A stretch of 64,000 bases of DNA from a virus (taxonomy: Duplodnaviria > Caudoviricetes), in the IMG/VR virus record IMGVR_UViG_3300020112_000204, positions 1 through 64,000 of that record; one strand, 5' to 3'. Positions 1-8,951 of the stretch are shown here, piece by piece. The notes beneath the pieces are model-generated. The model was given only the letters and a program-made list of their open reading frames with translations, was not told the DNA's origin and searched no databases. The first letter of the stretch is position 1, and every line of letters starts with the position of its first letter. The translations under genes were made by a program, and so were the position numbers.

Positions 1-40
1 CTAGTACGAGACTATGTACTATACGCTCTCTATACCTTAT

Positions 41-59
41 TTTGTGCATTATGCACAAA
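41..59. repeat. 9-bp perfect inverted repeat (TTTGTGCAT-T-ATGCACAAA) in the non-coding left end
   Basis: Read directly from sequence. Confidence 0.8.
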
Positions 60-745
60 TTGGTCGAATCCAGACCCCTAGAGCTATTGGATATCTTGCA
101 CAATAACTGAGGGCATTTCAATCCTCTTTTTCTGGGCTAAGACTTTTGACTTTTCTGGAAAACACGCCTTTGGGATTTTCAATTCTTGGTTTCTTGGGCT
201 ATGCAGATTTTCGAGGCAGGAGCAAAAACCTAGCAATATCAATGCTTTGCGGTCTCACCCTAGTGCAGAGCCACTTTGCATTTTTCAAAAGTCGGGAACA
301 TCTCATTTTCATTTTTCATTTGCTTGGTGCCCACCATAGGGCTTATGGGCATATCTTTTTCTTAGCATTACCTATCTATTACCTATCCTTGTCTTTATCT
401 ACTGTTTCTATTGTCTTTACTTCTCTATGCTATTCCTCTCTTCACTCTACCGCCCGCAAATTACTGAAAATCCTAGCTTTTCTGGATACTGAGGCATTTC
501 TAGATTACTTGACTATTCTGTTCTTTTCCTTGCCTAAATGCTCTTGCAAGGATTCTTTTGCTATTTGCCTATCTATGTACTTATGCTATACCTAGTCATA
601 GCTCCTACCCCTCCCGCCCGAAAATCTAGACGGCTCAAAGCTTTTCAGTCACAAGCGATGGAACGAAACTATCCCAATCTATGGACTAGCTCGTTCCACC
701 TTGCTTTCAGACTATTTCAAATCTGCTCTTTTTACTTTTACCTAG

Positions 746-1066
746 TCATTCCTCGATGTACCGCCACTTGTCTACATCTTGAACACGAGCATCGTCATAG
801 CACTCATCTATACTAAACACTGTGTCATACTTCCTCTCAACTAGCTCGCCCGTGTAGACAAAGCTCTTCTTAATCACAATCATAACTGGATTACCCACCT
901 CGGGCAGTTTCTCAGCTGGGGAGTGCCAAGCGTCAAAATCCATGAGACTCTCCATTACTATCTTAGACGCTGTCTTGTAATTTCTGTACTGCTCTTCCAT
1001 CTCGTACATACCATAGCAGATGCTAGAGCTATACCTTACTCTGTGGACTGCCTCTTTAATCTTCAT
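746..1066 (-). CDS. hypothetical phage protein (DUF551-like WHSPAEKLPE motif)
   Basis: ORF in a co-oriented run with GGAG-type RBS; motif resemblance only. Confidence 0.6.
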   Translation of the reverse strand: MKIKEAVHRVRYSSSICYGMYEMEEQYRNYKTASKIVMESLMDFDAWHSPAEKLPEVGNPVMIVIKKSFVYTGELVERKYDTVFSIDECYDDARVQDVDKWRYIEE

Positions 1067-1077
1067 CTTAGCCCTCC

Positions 1078-1311
1078 TTAGTGCACAATCTCAGCGGATA
1101 CCACAAGCACACCATTGAAGCTTCTCACGCTCAGAACCTTGGCGTTGAGACAGTCATACCTGAGCAAAGCCTTGCAATCTGCTACTGTTTCCATACCATC
1201 ACGAGTCGAGTTTGCGTACCCAACACCATACGCGGAGAACTGAATCATAATCTCTTCTGTTCCCTCCATCAAATCCAAAATGTCCTTAACTAAAATCTTT
1301 TTCTTAGCCAT
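1078..1311 (-). CDS. hypothetical protein
   Basis: ORF packed in the minus-strand early cluster. Confidence 0.7.
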   Translation of the reverse strand: MAKKKILVKDILDLMEGTEEIMIQFSAYGVGYANSTRDGMETVADCKALLRYDCLNAKVLSVRSFNGVLVVSAEIVH

Positions 1312-1325
1312 GTCTTAATCCTTTC

Positions 1326-1511
1326 TTAAACCAGTTCAAATATGTAATCCATCTCAAGTCCAAGCTCTTCAGCTAGGATGTCCTCTGCCAGTTCGTAGTC
1401 ACCAAACGGAATCGCTTCTTCCTCCAGTCTTCTCTTGCATTCAGCCACTATAGACTTAGCTTCTCTGCGACCTATTCCGTCACGCTTCATCAGGATATCA
1501 ACTATTGCCAT
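1326..1511 (-). CDS. hypothetical acidic protein (start moved to MAIVDIL)
   Basis: ATG at 1511 directly follows the stop of the upstream gene; the ORF-track start overlaps that gene. Confidence 0.65.
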   Translation of the reverse strand: MAIVDILMKRDGIGRREAKSIVAECKRRLEEEAIPFGDYELAEDILAEELGLEMDYIFELV

Positions 1512-1512
1512 C

Positions 1513-1761
1513 TTACTCTTCCTCCTCGTCATCATTGAACTCATCATAGTTTTCCGAATAGCTGAAATCACATTCTCTAACACTGCCATAGGTGTATCCA
1601 TTGTCATTTCTGAGGTACACCAGCCTATCACTCTCAAACTGCTCAAGCATCTCAATCAGTTCTCCTACGGTCATCGTTCTACCACACTGGTCTGGGGAGT
1701 ATCCGTTTCTGTTGCCCTCTACAAATATCGCTTTCATGTCTTTCCCTCCTTTCTTAACCAA
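1513..1761 (-). CDS. hypothetical protein
   Basis: ORF with acidic tail and AGGAGG RBS. Confidence 0.7.
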   Translation of the reverse strand: MVKKGGKDMKAIFVEGNRNGYSPDQCGRTMTVGELIEMLEQFESDRLVYLRNDNGYTYGSVRECDFSYSENYDEFNDDEEEE

Positions 1762-1993
1762 GCTCGTACCAATCTGAGTATCTTCTGCAATTATCTGCCG
1801 CGTTGTTCAGTGCTGTTACAAGTGCCTTACCTGTTTTCGGATTCATGTTTACCTTTCTGCATCCCTCCTCATGCTCCCACGAATGACCACAATCAAGCGT
1901 GTACCCAAACACATTGCCAATCAAATACTCAAGCGTTCCTGTGTATTCCGTTGCCCTACCATTGTGATGACTAATTACTGTGTACTCTTTCAT
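1754..1993 (-). CDS. hypothetical protein
   Basis: ORF in co-oriented run. Confidence 0.7.
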   Translation of the reverse strand: MKEYTVISHHNGRATEYTGTLEYLIGNVFGYTLDCGHSWEHEEGCRKVNMNPKTGKALVTALNNAADNCRRYSDWYELG

Positions 1994-2034
1994 TTACTTT
2001 ACCCCATCTTTCTACTTTGTCTAATTTCTACTCT

Positions 2035-2057
2035 GGGTGGAGGGTTCAGCTCCACCC
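2035..2057. terminator. GC-rich intergenic hairpin (GGGTGGAG/CTCCACCC), terminator or mRNA-processing site
   Basis: 8-bp stem, 7-nt loop; no U-tract on the coding strand. Confidence 0.45.
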
Positions 2058-2077
2058 TTTCCAACCTCTCGTTGTCT

Positions 2078-2341
2078 TTAATTCTTAATCTTCTCTACCT
2101 GCTCATTCGAGAACAGATGGGACTTAACCAGTCTAAACACTATTTCCTTTTCGCCCTTGTCATTCTCCTTCGTGAACGGTCTCCAGAGGCTTGTGCTTAT
2201 TATTGCTTTCTCACCACGCTTTACCTGATAGCCCCTTGACTTCCACTCGGCATAGGTGAACAAGTTCTCACCATCCCAATCAAACTCAGCCATCATCGTT
2301 TCCATCATCAGTATCTCCTGATTGCTAGCTCTGTTACTCAT
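2078..2341 (-). CDS. ArdC-like N-terminal ssDNA-binding domain protein (putative antirestriction)
   Basis: FTYAEWKSRGYQVKRGEKA matches the ArdC-N signature T..QW...G..VKKGEK. Confidence 0.6.
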   Translation of the reverse strand: MSNRASNQEILMMETMMAEFDWDGENLFTYAEWKSRGYQVKRGEKAIISTSLWRPFTKENDKGEKEIVFRLVKSHLFSNEQVEKIKN

Positions 2342-2685
2342 CAGTACCCCTCCTTGGTGATGCGTCTCTCACACCGCTCCATAAGCCAAGCCTTACCACA
2401 GAACCTGATGTCCTTGAGATAGCTGGCGGCTGCATCGCTGAACCAGCAACTGCCTTCTTCGTACACCTCAGTGGTAGCCATACTATACAACTGACGCACT
2501 AACAGGTCGTGGTCGTTCAATGTAGCCCGTGCGTTCTTACCTTCCTCACTGTCGAGACCATAATCAGAAACTGTATTCTCCAGACCACCCAATAGCCAGT
2601 TGGCGGCATACTTTATATTCCTGAAAGCCTTCTTCTGTCTCGCATTCATTTCACTGTACTTCATCTTAATCTCCCTCCATTTCAT
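2341..2685 (-). CDS. hypothetical protein
   Basis: ORF; true start probably ATG at 2664. Confidence 0.7.
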   Translation of the reverse strand: MKWREIKMKYSEMNARQKKAFRNIKYAANWLLGGLENTVSDYGLDSEEGKNARATLNDHDLLVRQLYSMATTEVYEEGSCWFSDAAASYLKDIRFCGKAWLMERCERRITKEGY

Positions 2686-2788
2686 TTTCTAATTCTTTTT
2701 CTGCTTCCTGCCTGTTGTCTGCTGAGAACTGGAACTTTCCATCCTTGAACACCTCTATGTGTCCTTTCACATTTCTAAACTCTACCAT
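2666..2788 (-). CDS. small hypothetical protein (40 aa, MVEFRNVKGHIEVFKDGKFQFSAD...)
   Basis: Manually translated; fills the gap between neighbours; below ORF-track cutoff. Confidence 0.6.
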   Translation of the reverse strand: MVEFRNVKGHIEVFKDGKFQFSADNRQEAEKELENEMEGD

Positions 2789-3020
2789 TCAAGGTCTCCA
2801 TTCTGTCCTCCATTTCGTAGAACACTTCATCACGCTCATCGTACCCAAGCTCGTCATAGGGTACACCGTACCACTCCATTGCAATCTCGTCATCGAGATT
2901 GTTCATTTTCTCGGTCATCTCCATAGCCTGTTCCCAATACTGATTACTCATCTTTATCTTTTCCTTTCTGGGGGAGGGGAGCTTGCCCTCCACTGCAACA
3001 TCTCGTTGTCTTTTATTCAT
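2775..3020 (-). CDS. hypothetical acidic protein
   Basis: ORF in co-oriented run. Confidence 0.6.
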   Translation of the reverse strand: MNKRQRDVAVEGKLPSPRKEKIKMSNQYWEQAMEMTEKMNNLDDEIAMEWYGVPYDELGYDERDEVFYEMEDRMETLNGRV

Positions 3021-3327
3021 TTGCCAATCTGGTCAACTGAGCCGTGTACTTAACCATTTTCTTTCTCGCTACCACTTTCTGCTTCGGGGTTAGGAAACCT
3101 GTCTCATTCAAGAACTCACAGAAGCTAGAGAGGATTCTGCCATCTATTCCGTTGAACCCGACACCATTTCGTGCCATCGTTGCCTTAGCCCTCTGCTCAT
3201 CCTTTGTCTGCTCACCATAGAGCTTCAGAAGAGACCTGTACAGAACTTTGTCATTTGTCTGAATCAAGAACTTAACCTCTTCCTGTGTCCAGTCTGTTCC
3301 ATCTTTCTTTCTCGGCATCTTATTCAC
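3013..3327 (-). CDS. conserved phage hypothetical protein
   Basis: QT.DEQ...T...NGVGF...D..ILSSF...LTPKQ pattern recurrent in large phages. Confidence 0.7.
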   Translation of the reverse strand: MNKMPRKKDGTDWTQEEVKFLIQTNDKVLYRSLLKLYGEQTKDEQRAKATMARNGVGFNGIDGRILSSFCEFLNETGFLTPKQKVVARKKMVKYTAQLTRLANE

Positions 3328-3331
3328 CTCC

Positions 3332-3649
3332 TTACCAAATCATGTGTGCTAACTCGTAGCTCAGGGTCTCAGCCATTTCCCAGAACCAGCACTCGAGGTA
3401 CTCGTCTCTGAGTTCTTTGTCGTCCCAGTTCATCCTGCCCAGACCCGTTCTGAGGACTTCGATGTACCCATCAGAGTCGATGTCCCACAGCGGGGAACTG
3501 TGACCCATTCTGAGCCACTCCTCATTGTCCACTATCTCTTCCACAGTCGCTTCAGAGACATAAATCACGGTAGCAGTAACTCTGTCGTACTTCAGGAGCT
3601 TAACCTCTCCCTTGTACTTAAACTCGTACATTTCCTTAATCTTAGCCAT
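3332..3649 (-). CDS. hypothetical protein, first gene of the left early cluster
   Basis: ORF with AAGGA RBS downstream of the putative promoter element. Confidence 0.7.
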   Translation of the reverse strand: MAKIKEMYEFKYKGEVKLLKYDRVTATVIYVSEATVEEIVDNEEWLRMGHSSPLWDIDSDGYIEVLRTGLGRMNWDDKELRDEYLECWFWEMAETLSYELAHMIW

Positions 3650-3683
3650 TTTCTTATCCTTTCCCTTGACTTAGTAAAAGCCC

Positions 3684-3760
3684 TGTTTTTATTTTATTAT
3701 ATAATAACTTTATGAATAGGCTGTGAATAAACTATGAATTTTCTGTTAATTATTTTTAAG
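3684..3760 (-). promoter_or_regulatory. conserved ~80-bp element, copy 1: AT-rich palindrome ATTATATAAT plus four 11-bp-phased T(A/G)T(G/T)AAT heptamers
   Basis: 23-nt core identical to 42908-42930; heptamers at 3711, 3722, 3733, 3744; TATAAT on the minus strand at 3701-3696. Confidence 0.7.
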
Positions 3761-3801
3761 CAAAAAGAAGCCCCGAAGCACTATCTCTAGCACCTCGGGG
3801 C
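3761..3801 (-). terminator. rho-independent terminator of the dpdA operon
   Basis: 14-bp stem (with G-U pairs), GAGA loop, followed by UUCUUUUU on the minus strand. Confidence 0.85.
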
Positions 3802-3812
3802 AGTGCGCTAAA

Positions 3813-5336
3813 CTACTCGGTCTTGCCTCCAAATATCTGAGCAAGTATACCTGAGCCTTTAGCTTTTATCGTGACCTCATCTCTGGTGTCTGTGAGGTCT
3901 TTGTACTGTTGCATCATTCGCATCATTCGGTCAATCTCCTTTGACACGCTGTCATTGATGATACCACCATCGACTGACTCCTGCATAGCACCAAGCGTTA
4001 TTCGTTTCTTTTGCAAAGTAAACAGATACTGAAGCAAGTCAGGGAAATCCTTAGTGCCCTCGACCTTTCCAAAGTCTACTCGGCATTTACTGTTCTCTTT
4101 GTACAGAGGGCAGTTCTCACCCATAATACAAGTAGCACAGTTGATATACATAGCGGCACTCAACGGGTGATTCTTAGCTAAGCCTGTACCAGCTACTGGA
4201 GTACTGGGGAGGCTTTCTACAACCTCTATCTCTGTAGTCTCATCGGAGTACTCATCAGAGTCCTCAATGACATCTGCATCCTCATCAGTTCTAGGGGGCG
4301 GTACATAAGGCTCACCATTCGAGCCGAGGATTACTACCTCTCCCTCTTCTGTAATCATTTTGCTTAACTCACCTCCGTTAACTTTGTCGTGCCAAAACTC
4401 CTGAGCCTTTTTCATATTCGACTTTGTGAGCCACTCAGAGTACTGATGCCACTGGCACATATTCCATTCATTGATAGCCTTGCCACTATCAGCGAGTAAC
4501 CCAGCATAGTCAATATCGTACTGCTCACACTGCCTCTTAAATTGCTTTCGCTTAGCCTTGTCCTGAGTCATCTTCAGCTTTCCGCTTCTAAACTCATAGG
4601 TCGTGCCGTATCTAGCACCTGAGAGCCAAGAGGTACTATCGACTGAATAGAACGGCTGTCTCCTCATAGGCTCCTGTCGGGTCATACCAAAGCCGTGAAC
4701 TCTTGTCATATACTTTCTACAGAGAGCCATTCTCTTCTGGAAGTCCTTAGCTCCCATCTTGCCCGACTGAGTGGCAATACCACCAAAACCTACATAGTCA
4801 TATTCCTTAATTATGGCTTCTACATAGTCGTCATGGTCGTCAGGCTTGAGTACTGGGACTACGCTGAACCCCTCTGATTCAAATCTCTTTCTCCTTGCAG
4901 TTCTATCTTCGATTGAGCCTACATCAAGCTCAACACAATGAACAGCCTCTCGATTCTTAAACCTAGGGTCAGAGCGAAGCATTGCTAAATACTGCTCCTC
5001 CCACTTGCTAGTCATATCGAGTATCTGTTGCCAGAGAGCTACACCTTGGTCACTTCTTCTCCACTCCATATACCTAGCGTGGTTCTTGTAGACTGTTTCC
5101 CAGTTAGCACCGAACTCTCTCTTGAAAGCTTCCTCTCTGAGAGCCGTCCATTTCGAGTTAATCGTAAACGCACCAGAGTCTAGGAATACGAAGTCGAAAT
5201 TAGTCAGGACTTCATCAATATAGCTAGAGCCTTTCTTGTGCATATACATTGCTGAAATCAGTATGTCACGAACACCGAACTTCTGAGCCATAGCCATACT
5301 GTTCTTATCTTCCATACCTGCTAATAACAGCTTCAT
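3813..5336 (-). CDS. dpdA: DpdA-like DNA 7-deazaguanine transglycosylase (TGT fold) with C-terminal Cys-cluster/helical extension
   Basis: FLDSGAFT, RVHGFGMT and YSVDSTSW motifs of the TGT/DpdA family; adjacent to queC. Confidence 0.85.
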   Translation of the reverse strand: MKLLLAGMEDKNSMAMAQKFGVRDILISAMYMHKKGSSYIDEVLTNFDFVFLDSGAFTINSKWTALREEAFKREFGANWETVYKNHARYMEWRRSDQGVALWQQILDMTSKWEEQYLAMLRSDPRFKNREAVHCVELDVGSIEDRTARRKRFESEGFSVVPVLKPDDHDDYVEAIIKEYDYVGFGGIATQSGKMGAKDFQKRMALCRKYMTRVHGFGMTRQEPMRRQPFYSVDSTSWLSGARYGTTYEFRSGKLKMTQDKAKRKQFKRQCEQYDIDYAGLLADSGKAINEWNMCQWHQYSEWLTKSNMKKAQEFWHDKVNGGELSKMITEEGEVVILGSNGEPYVPPPRTDEDADVIEDSDEYSDETTEIEVVESLPSTPVAGTGLAKNHPLSAAMYINCATCIMGENCPLYKENSKCRVDFGKVEGTKDFPDLLQYLFTLQKKRITLGAMQESVDGGIINDSVSKEIDRMMRMMQQYKDLTDTRDEVTIKAKGSGILAQIFGGKTE

Positions 5337-5347
5337 TTAACCACCTC

Positions 5348-6175
5348 TTAGTCCAGATTACAATCTTCTAAATGGTCTCTCCAATCATCTAAGTCCTCTC
5401 GAATGAAGAACAAATCCAGCGTGTCAAGGGTCTCTCGACATCTCTTCTCTGAGTAGTGCTCAAACTCCTTATTCTCAAGGCACTTAATAAGGGTCTTTAC
5501 ATACTCATTATGCCAAGACCCTTTCTTAAACACAAGCCAAGGCGGGTTGGCGTTGCTATGCTCTTCATAAATACCGTTTCCGTACATAGCTACCCATCTC
5601 TTGAAGCAAGTCGGGCATTCCCCACAAGCTTTCTCCTTGTCGTCATAGCAGGTAGAGGTACTCATTAAAAGTTCCTCGCTAACTCCGTTGTCAAGAGCCC
5701 AAGCGACAGCTTCCTGCTTTGTCATATTTCGGAATGGAGTTTCAAGAACAGTCTCTGGTCTCAGAATGTTGAACACATAGGTTAGCAGGTCAGTAGCATC
5801 AGCAAAGAATTTCTCTGACTTGTCTCTCTCCTTAGCAAAGGGGTTTCTTTCACCATCCAGAGCCGAAAGCCAGACAGTCTTGCCGAAGCTTGCACCTATA
5901 ACAGCGAACATCAAGTTGCGACCAGGGATAATCTGTTTATCACTTTCGGGAGTAGGAACATTGTCGAACTCTTCTCGAACAAGGTCAATGTGCATCTTGT
6001 TAACCTTAAAAGGCAGTCGGTCAATTACCTCTTCTTCTTTCCAGTTGTACGGCTGACCAAGGTCTAACCACAGCGGGAAGATTTCATCCTCTTTATACCC
6101 CTTAGCTAGGGCATAGTAGTAAGCGATAACACTATCAAGTCCACCACTTACTAGAATAGTCAATTTCTTATCCAT
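5348..6175 (-). CDS. queC: 7-cyano-7-deazaguanine synthase
   Basis: SGGLDS PP-loop, IPGRNLMF, TSTCY...CGECPTC zinc motif. Confidence 0.92.
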   Translation of the reverse strand: MDKKLTILVSGGLDSVIAYYYALAKGYKEDEIFPLWLDLGQPYNWKEEEVIDRLPFKVNKMHIDLVREEFDNVPTPESDKQIIPGRNLMFAVIGASFGKTVWLSALDGERNPFAKERDKSEKFFADATDLLTYVFNILRPETVLETPFRNMTKQEAVAWALDNGVSEELLMSTSTCYDDKEKACGECPTCFKRWVAMYGNGIYEEHSNANPPWLVFKKGSWHNEYVKTLIKCLENKEFEHYSEKRCRETLDTLDLFFIREDLDDWRDHLEDCNLD

Positions 6176-6995
6176 AAACTGTCTCTCCTTTTACATTCTC
6201 GCCTAGCCCCCATTTCTGGACTAGATAAGTCATATTCTTATCGTCCTGAGACCTATCCTTATTTCTATTTCCTCCGACCATACTGTGCAGATGGAACGCC
6301 ATTCTAGCAGTATCGAATAGTACTAGCTTACCATCCTTGTACATAGCGTAAGTGAAGTCTATCTCCTCTCCTGCACACGCACCCTGTTGGAAGTTCATAT
6401 CAATATTCAGGAACTCCTTACGAACCATAAGGCAGGTGCCTACGAGGAACTCGCACTTGAGCAATCGTATGCTATGATTAGGCTTAATCATATACACCTG
6501 ATACTTATCAGACCAGTCCATACTCCCGTCTTTACCAACACTAAGAGTGTTACACCATTCAGTACTCTTAGGCAGTACTATTGAGTCGTCTGACCACTGC
6601 TTGTACCCTGCTACATTTATCGGAGTCTGGAGAGAGCCACTAACAGCCCCAACTTTGTCATTGAGGAAGTACTTAAGCATATCCAGATAGCTTCTTCTGA
6701 ACAGAGCGTCATCATCACAGATGAGCATTACCTCTTCCTTAGCAAAGTCTTTCATCCACTCCTTGGCATCACATATACCACTAGCCCCAGAACACATAAT
6801 CAAAGGAACTTTAGCTAAAGCATAAGCCCTTTCTAGCTGCTCGGTGGTGGCATTGGTACTCTCCTCTCTTACACCCGTGATTACCACAATCACTTCTGCA
6901 ATCCTGTTATCCTCCATAGCGAGGATACTGGCAAGGAGCATATTCAAGTTGTCAGGTCTATGGTAGGTCGGAATACAAACTGAGCACTTAATCAA
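6168..6995 (-). CDS. glycosyltransferase family 2 (GT-A fold)
   Basis: SVCIPTYHR N-terminus, LICDDD DxD motif, GTCLMVRK, GEEIDF. Confidence 0.85.
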   Translation of the reverse strand: MIKCSVCIPTYHRPDNLNMLLASILAMEDNRIAEVIVVITGVREESTNATTEQLERAYALAKVPLIMCSGASGICDAKEWMKDFAKEEVMLICDDDALFRRSYLDMLKYFLNDKVGAVSGSLQTPINVAGYKQWSDDSIVLPKSTEWCNTLSVGKDGSMDWSDKYQVYMIKPNHSIRLLKCEFLVGTCLMVRKEFLNIDMNFQQGACAGEEIDFTYAMYKDGKLVLFDTARMAFHLHSMVGGNRNKDRSQDDKNMTYLVQKWGLGENVKGETVYG

Positions 6996-7959
6996 ACTGT
7001 TTCACCGCCTCTACAAATTTTCTAGCAACTGTTCTGTAATCGTACTTACCTAGCTCAATGCGAGTCAATGGCATTTGCAGTGCACACCGAATACTATTCT
7101 GAATCATATCTAGGTCGTAAGGTCTGTACCACCAACAGGCATTAACAAAGTCTGTATAAGGGTACTTTCGGGGCAGTACTGCCTCGCATCCAAACAAATA
7201 AGCTTCTATCAGAGACAAATTCAAAGTATGATGATTTCCAGTCGAGAAGAACACATCAGATGTCTGAGCCTCTCTCCAGAAGTCCTCCTGCGTTGCTCGG
7301 AACTTCAGATTGCATTTAGCTTTCCACTTATCCAGAGTGTCCTTTCCGACTGTCCTATCGCAGTACTCATAAGGAGTCGGGGTCAGAATAGACACTTCAA
7401 TGTTAGGGTCATCTATGAACGGCTCTAATGCCTCCATGCAAAGCATCTGTTGAGCATCCCAGTCCCATCTCTGAGCGACTAGAATCTTTTTCTTAGCTCC
7501 CCTCTTAGCACGAGTACCCGTCCTACTCATAATCTTGTCGTAGTCAATAGGGTATCCTATTACTTGTAACTGACACTTATGACTGTCAAGCTCCTTCTCA
7601 ATAAGCATCTTCTGAGATGGCGTGTTCAAAGTGACAATATCCATATGGTCATAGAAGAACTTTTCTCGTTCTATTTCACCCTCCCAATTACAGGCTATCC
7701 ACGAGAGAGCAACCCCGTGACCGTGGCTTGCAGTTATAACCCAATCGGGTATGGACTCTACTAAATCCATATCATCAAAGTCTGTGATTATCAGAACATC
7801 CTTTGGTTTCAGGATTTCTGACCACTTACTAACCTCAGACCGTGTCGTGAACTTGACACTCTCACCTAAGGATTCAAGTCCTCGCTTCAGGTTATCCACA
7901 TAATCTGTGAGCCAAGTTATAGCGTATTCGTCTCTTACTAAAAACCAGTAAGTTCTCAT
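6988..7959 (-). CDS. GT-B fold glycosyltransferase (GT4-like), paralog of 8948..9949
   Basis: GYPID, ILVAQRW, DVFFST..HTLNLSLIEAYLFGC (degenerate EX7E). Confidence 0.7.
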   Translation of the reverse strand: MRTYWFLVRDEYAITWLTDYVDNLKRGLESLGESVKFTTRSEVSKWSEILKPKDVLIITDFDDMDLVESIPDWVITASHGHGVALSWIACNWEGEIEREKFFYDHMDIVTLNTPSQKMLIEKELDSHKCQLQVIGYPIDYDKIMSRTGTRAKRGAKKKILVAQRWDWDAQQMLCMEALEPFIDDPNIEVSILTPTPYEYCDRTVGKDTLDKWKAKCNLKFRATQEDFWREAQTSDVFFSTGNHHTLNLSLIEAYLFGCEAVLPRKYPYTDFVNACWWYRPYDLDMIQNSIRCALQMPLTRIELGKYDYRTVARKFVEAVKQFD

Positions 7960-8951
7960 TCTACCTCTCCTCTCCTACGGCAATCCTCGTAAGCATCTTC
8001 TATTGCGTGTACAACTCTCTCGGTGCATTTTCCATCAAACACATCTCCCCAGAGGACACTTTTCAACTGGCTCCTAGCGGACTGTTCCCTATATCCCTCA
8101 TTTAATGCTAGCTCGATGCACCCTTTAATCATATGCTGACCCGTGAACTGATATGACACCTTTCGCACATCCTTTAGACGGGGAGCTAAAGGCTCAATAT
8201 CATCACTAAGCATACAGCTATCAGGGTAGGCAAATCCGTTGAACCAGTCAAAGGAGTTATACAAAACTATTGGTCTACCTGTTAGCAAGAACTGCTCTAT
8301 ATTACTACTACAATCCCCGACAAGTATGTCAGCATAGGAAAGCAGAGGTATAAATGGCTCATCATTTTTTCTATACCTTATGCCTTGCTCAGACAAGAAC
8401 CTATCCCAATGTCTATCTAGAATATATGGGTGCATAGCAACACGGAAGTCTAGATTCAGTTCACTACACACATCCTTGAGTTCGAGGATGTTTTTCTTAA
8501 TCTCCACTATACCACCATTCAACTCATAATTCCAAGTCGGGGCATATAGCACAGACTTTCTACGATTTTTAGGTCTAGACTTTTCTAAGTTGTACAGTGT
8601 GTCTAGGTCGGGTCTACCTACGGGATACACTTTTCGTATCCTAGGAAGGATTCCTTTCAAGGAGAGCATCTCAATCTCATAGGGGCTAGATGCTACATAG
8701 TAATCCTCACGAACCCCTGTGTCAAAAACCTCTGCACCACTCTTGTTCCAGAACACACCGTGAGACAAGTCAAACACAGGCTGAGAAGAGTTCTGAGTGG
8801 CGATTCTACTACAAGTCAATGCCATATACCCTTTTGGCACTTCTGTATGCTCTTGAATCTCTACTATCTCTGAACCGTTTAGCTTCTCTAGTACGGGGTT
8901 CAGGAGGCTATTATACTCAGACATCCTTACTACAGCTATCTTCATACTCAT
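7956..8951 (-). CDS. CDP-glycerol glycerophosphotransferase family protein (TagB/TagF-like)
   Basis: VLYAPTW, VAMHP, ADILVGDCSSNIEQFLLTGRPIVLY match TagF-family motifs. Confidence 0.8.
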   Translation of the reverse strand: MSMKIAVVRMSEYNSLLNPVLEKLNGSEIVEIQEHTEVPKGYMALTCSRIATQNSSQPVFDLSHGVFWNKSGAEVFDTGVREDYYVASSPYEIEMLSLKGILPRIRKVYPVGRPDLDTLYNLEKSRPKNRRKSVLYAPTWNYELNGGIVEIKKNILELKDVCSELNLDFRVAMHPYILDRHWDRFLSEQGIRYRKNDEPFIPLLSYADILVGDCSSNIEQFLLTGRPIVLYNSFDWFNGFAYPDSCMLSDDIEPLAPRLKDVRKVSYQFTGQHMIKGCIELALNEGYREQSARSQLKSVLWGDVFDGKCTERVVHAIEDAYEDCRRRGEVE

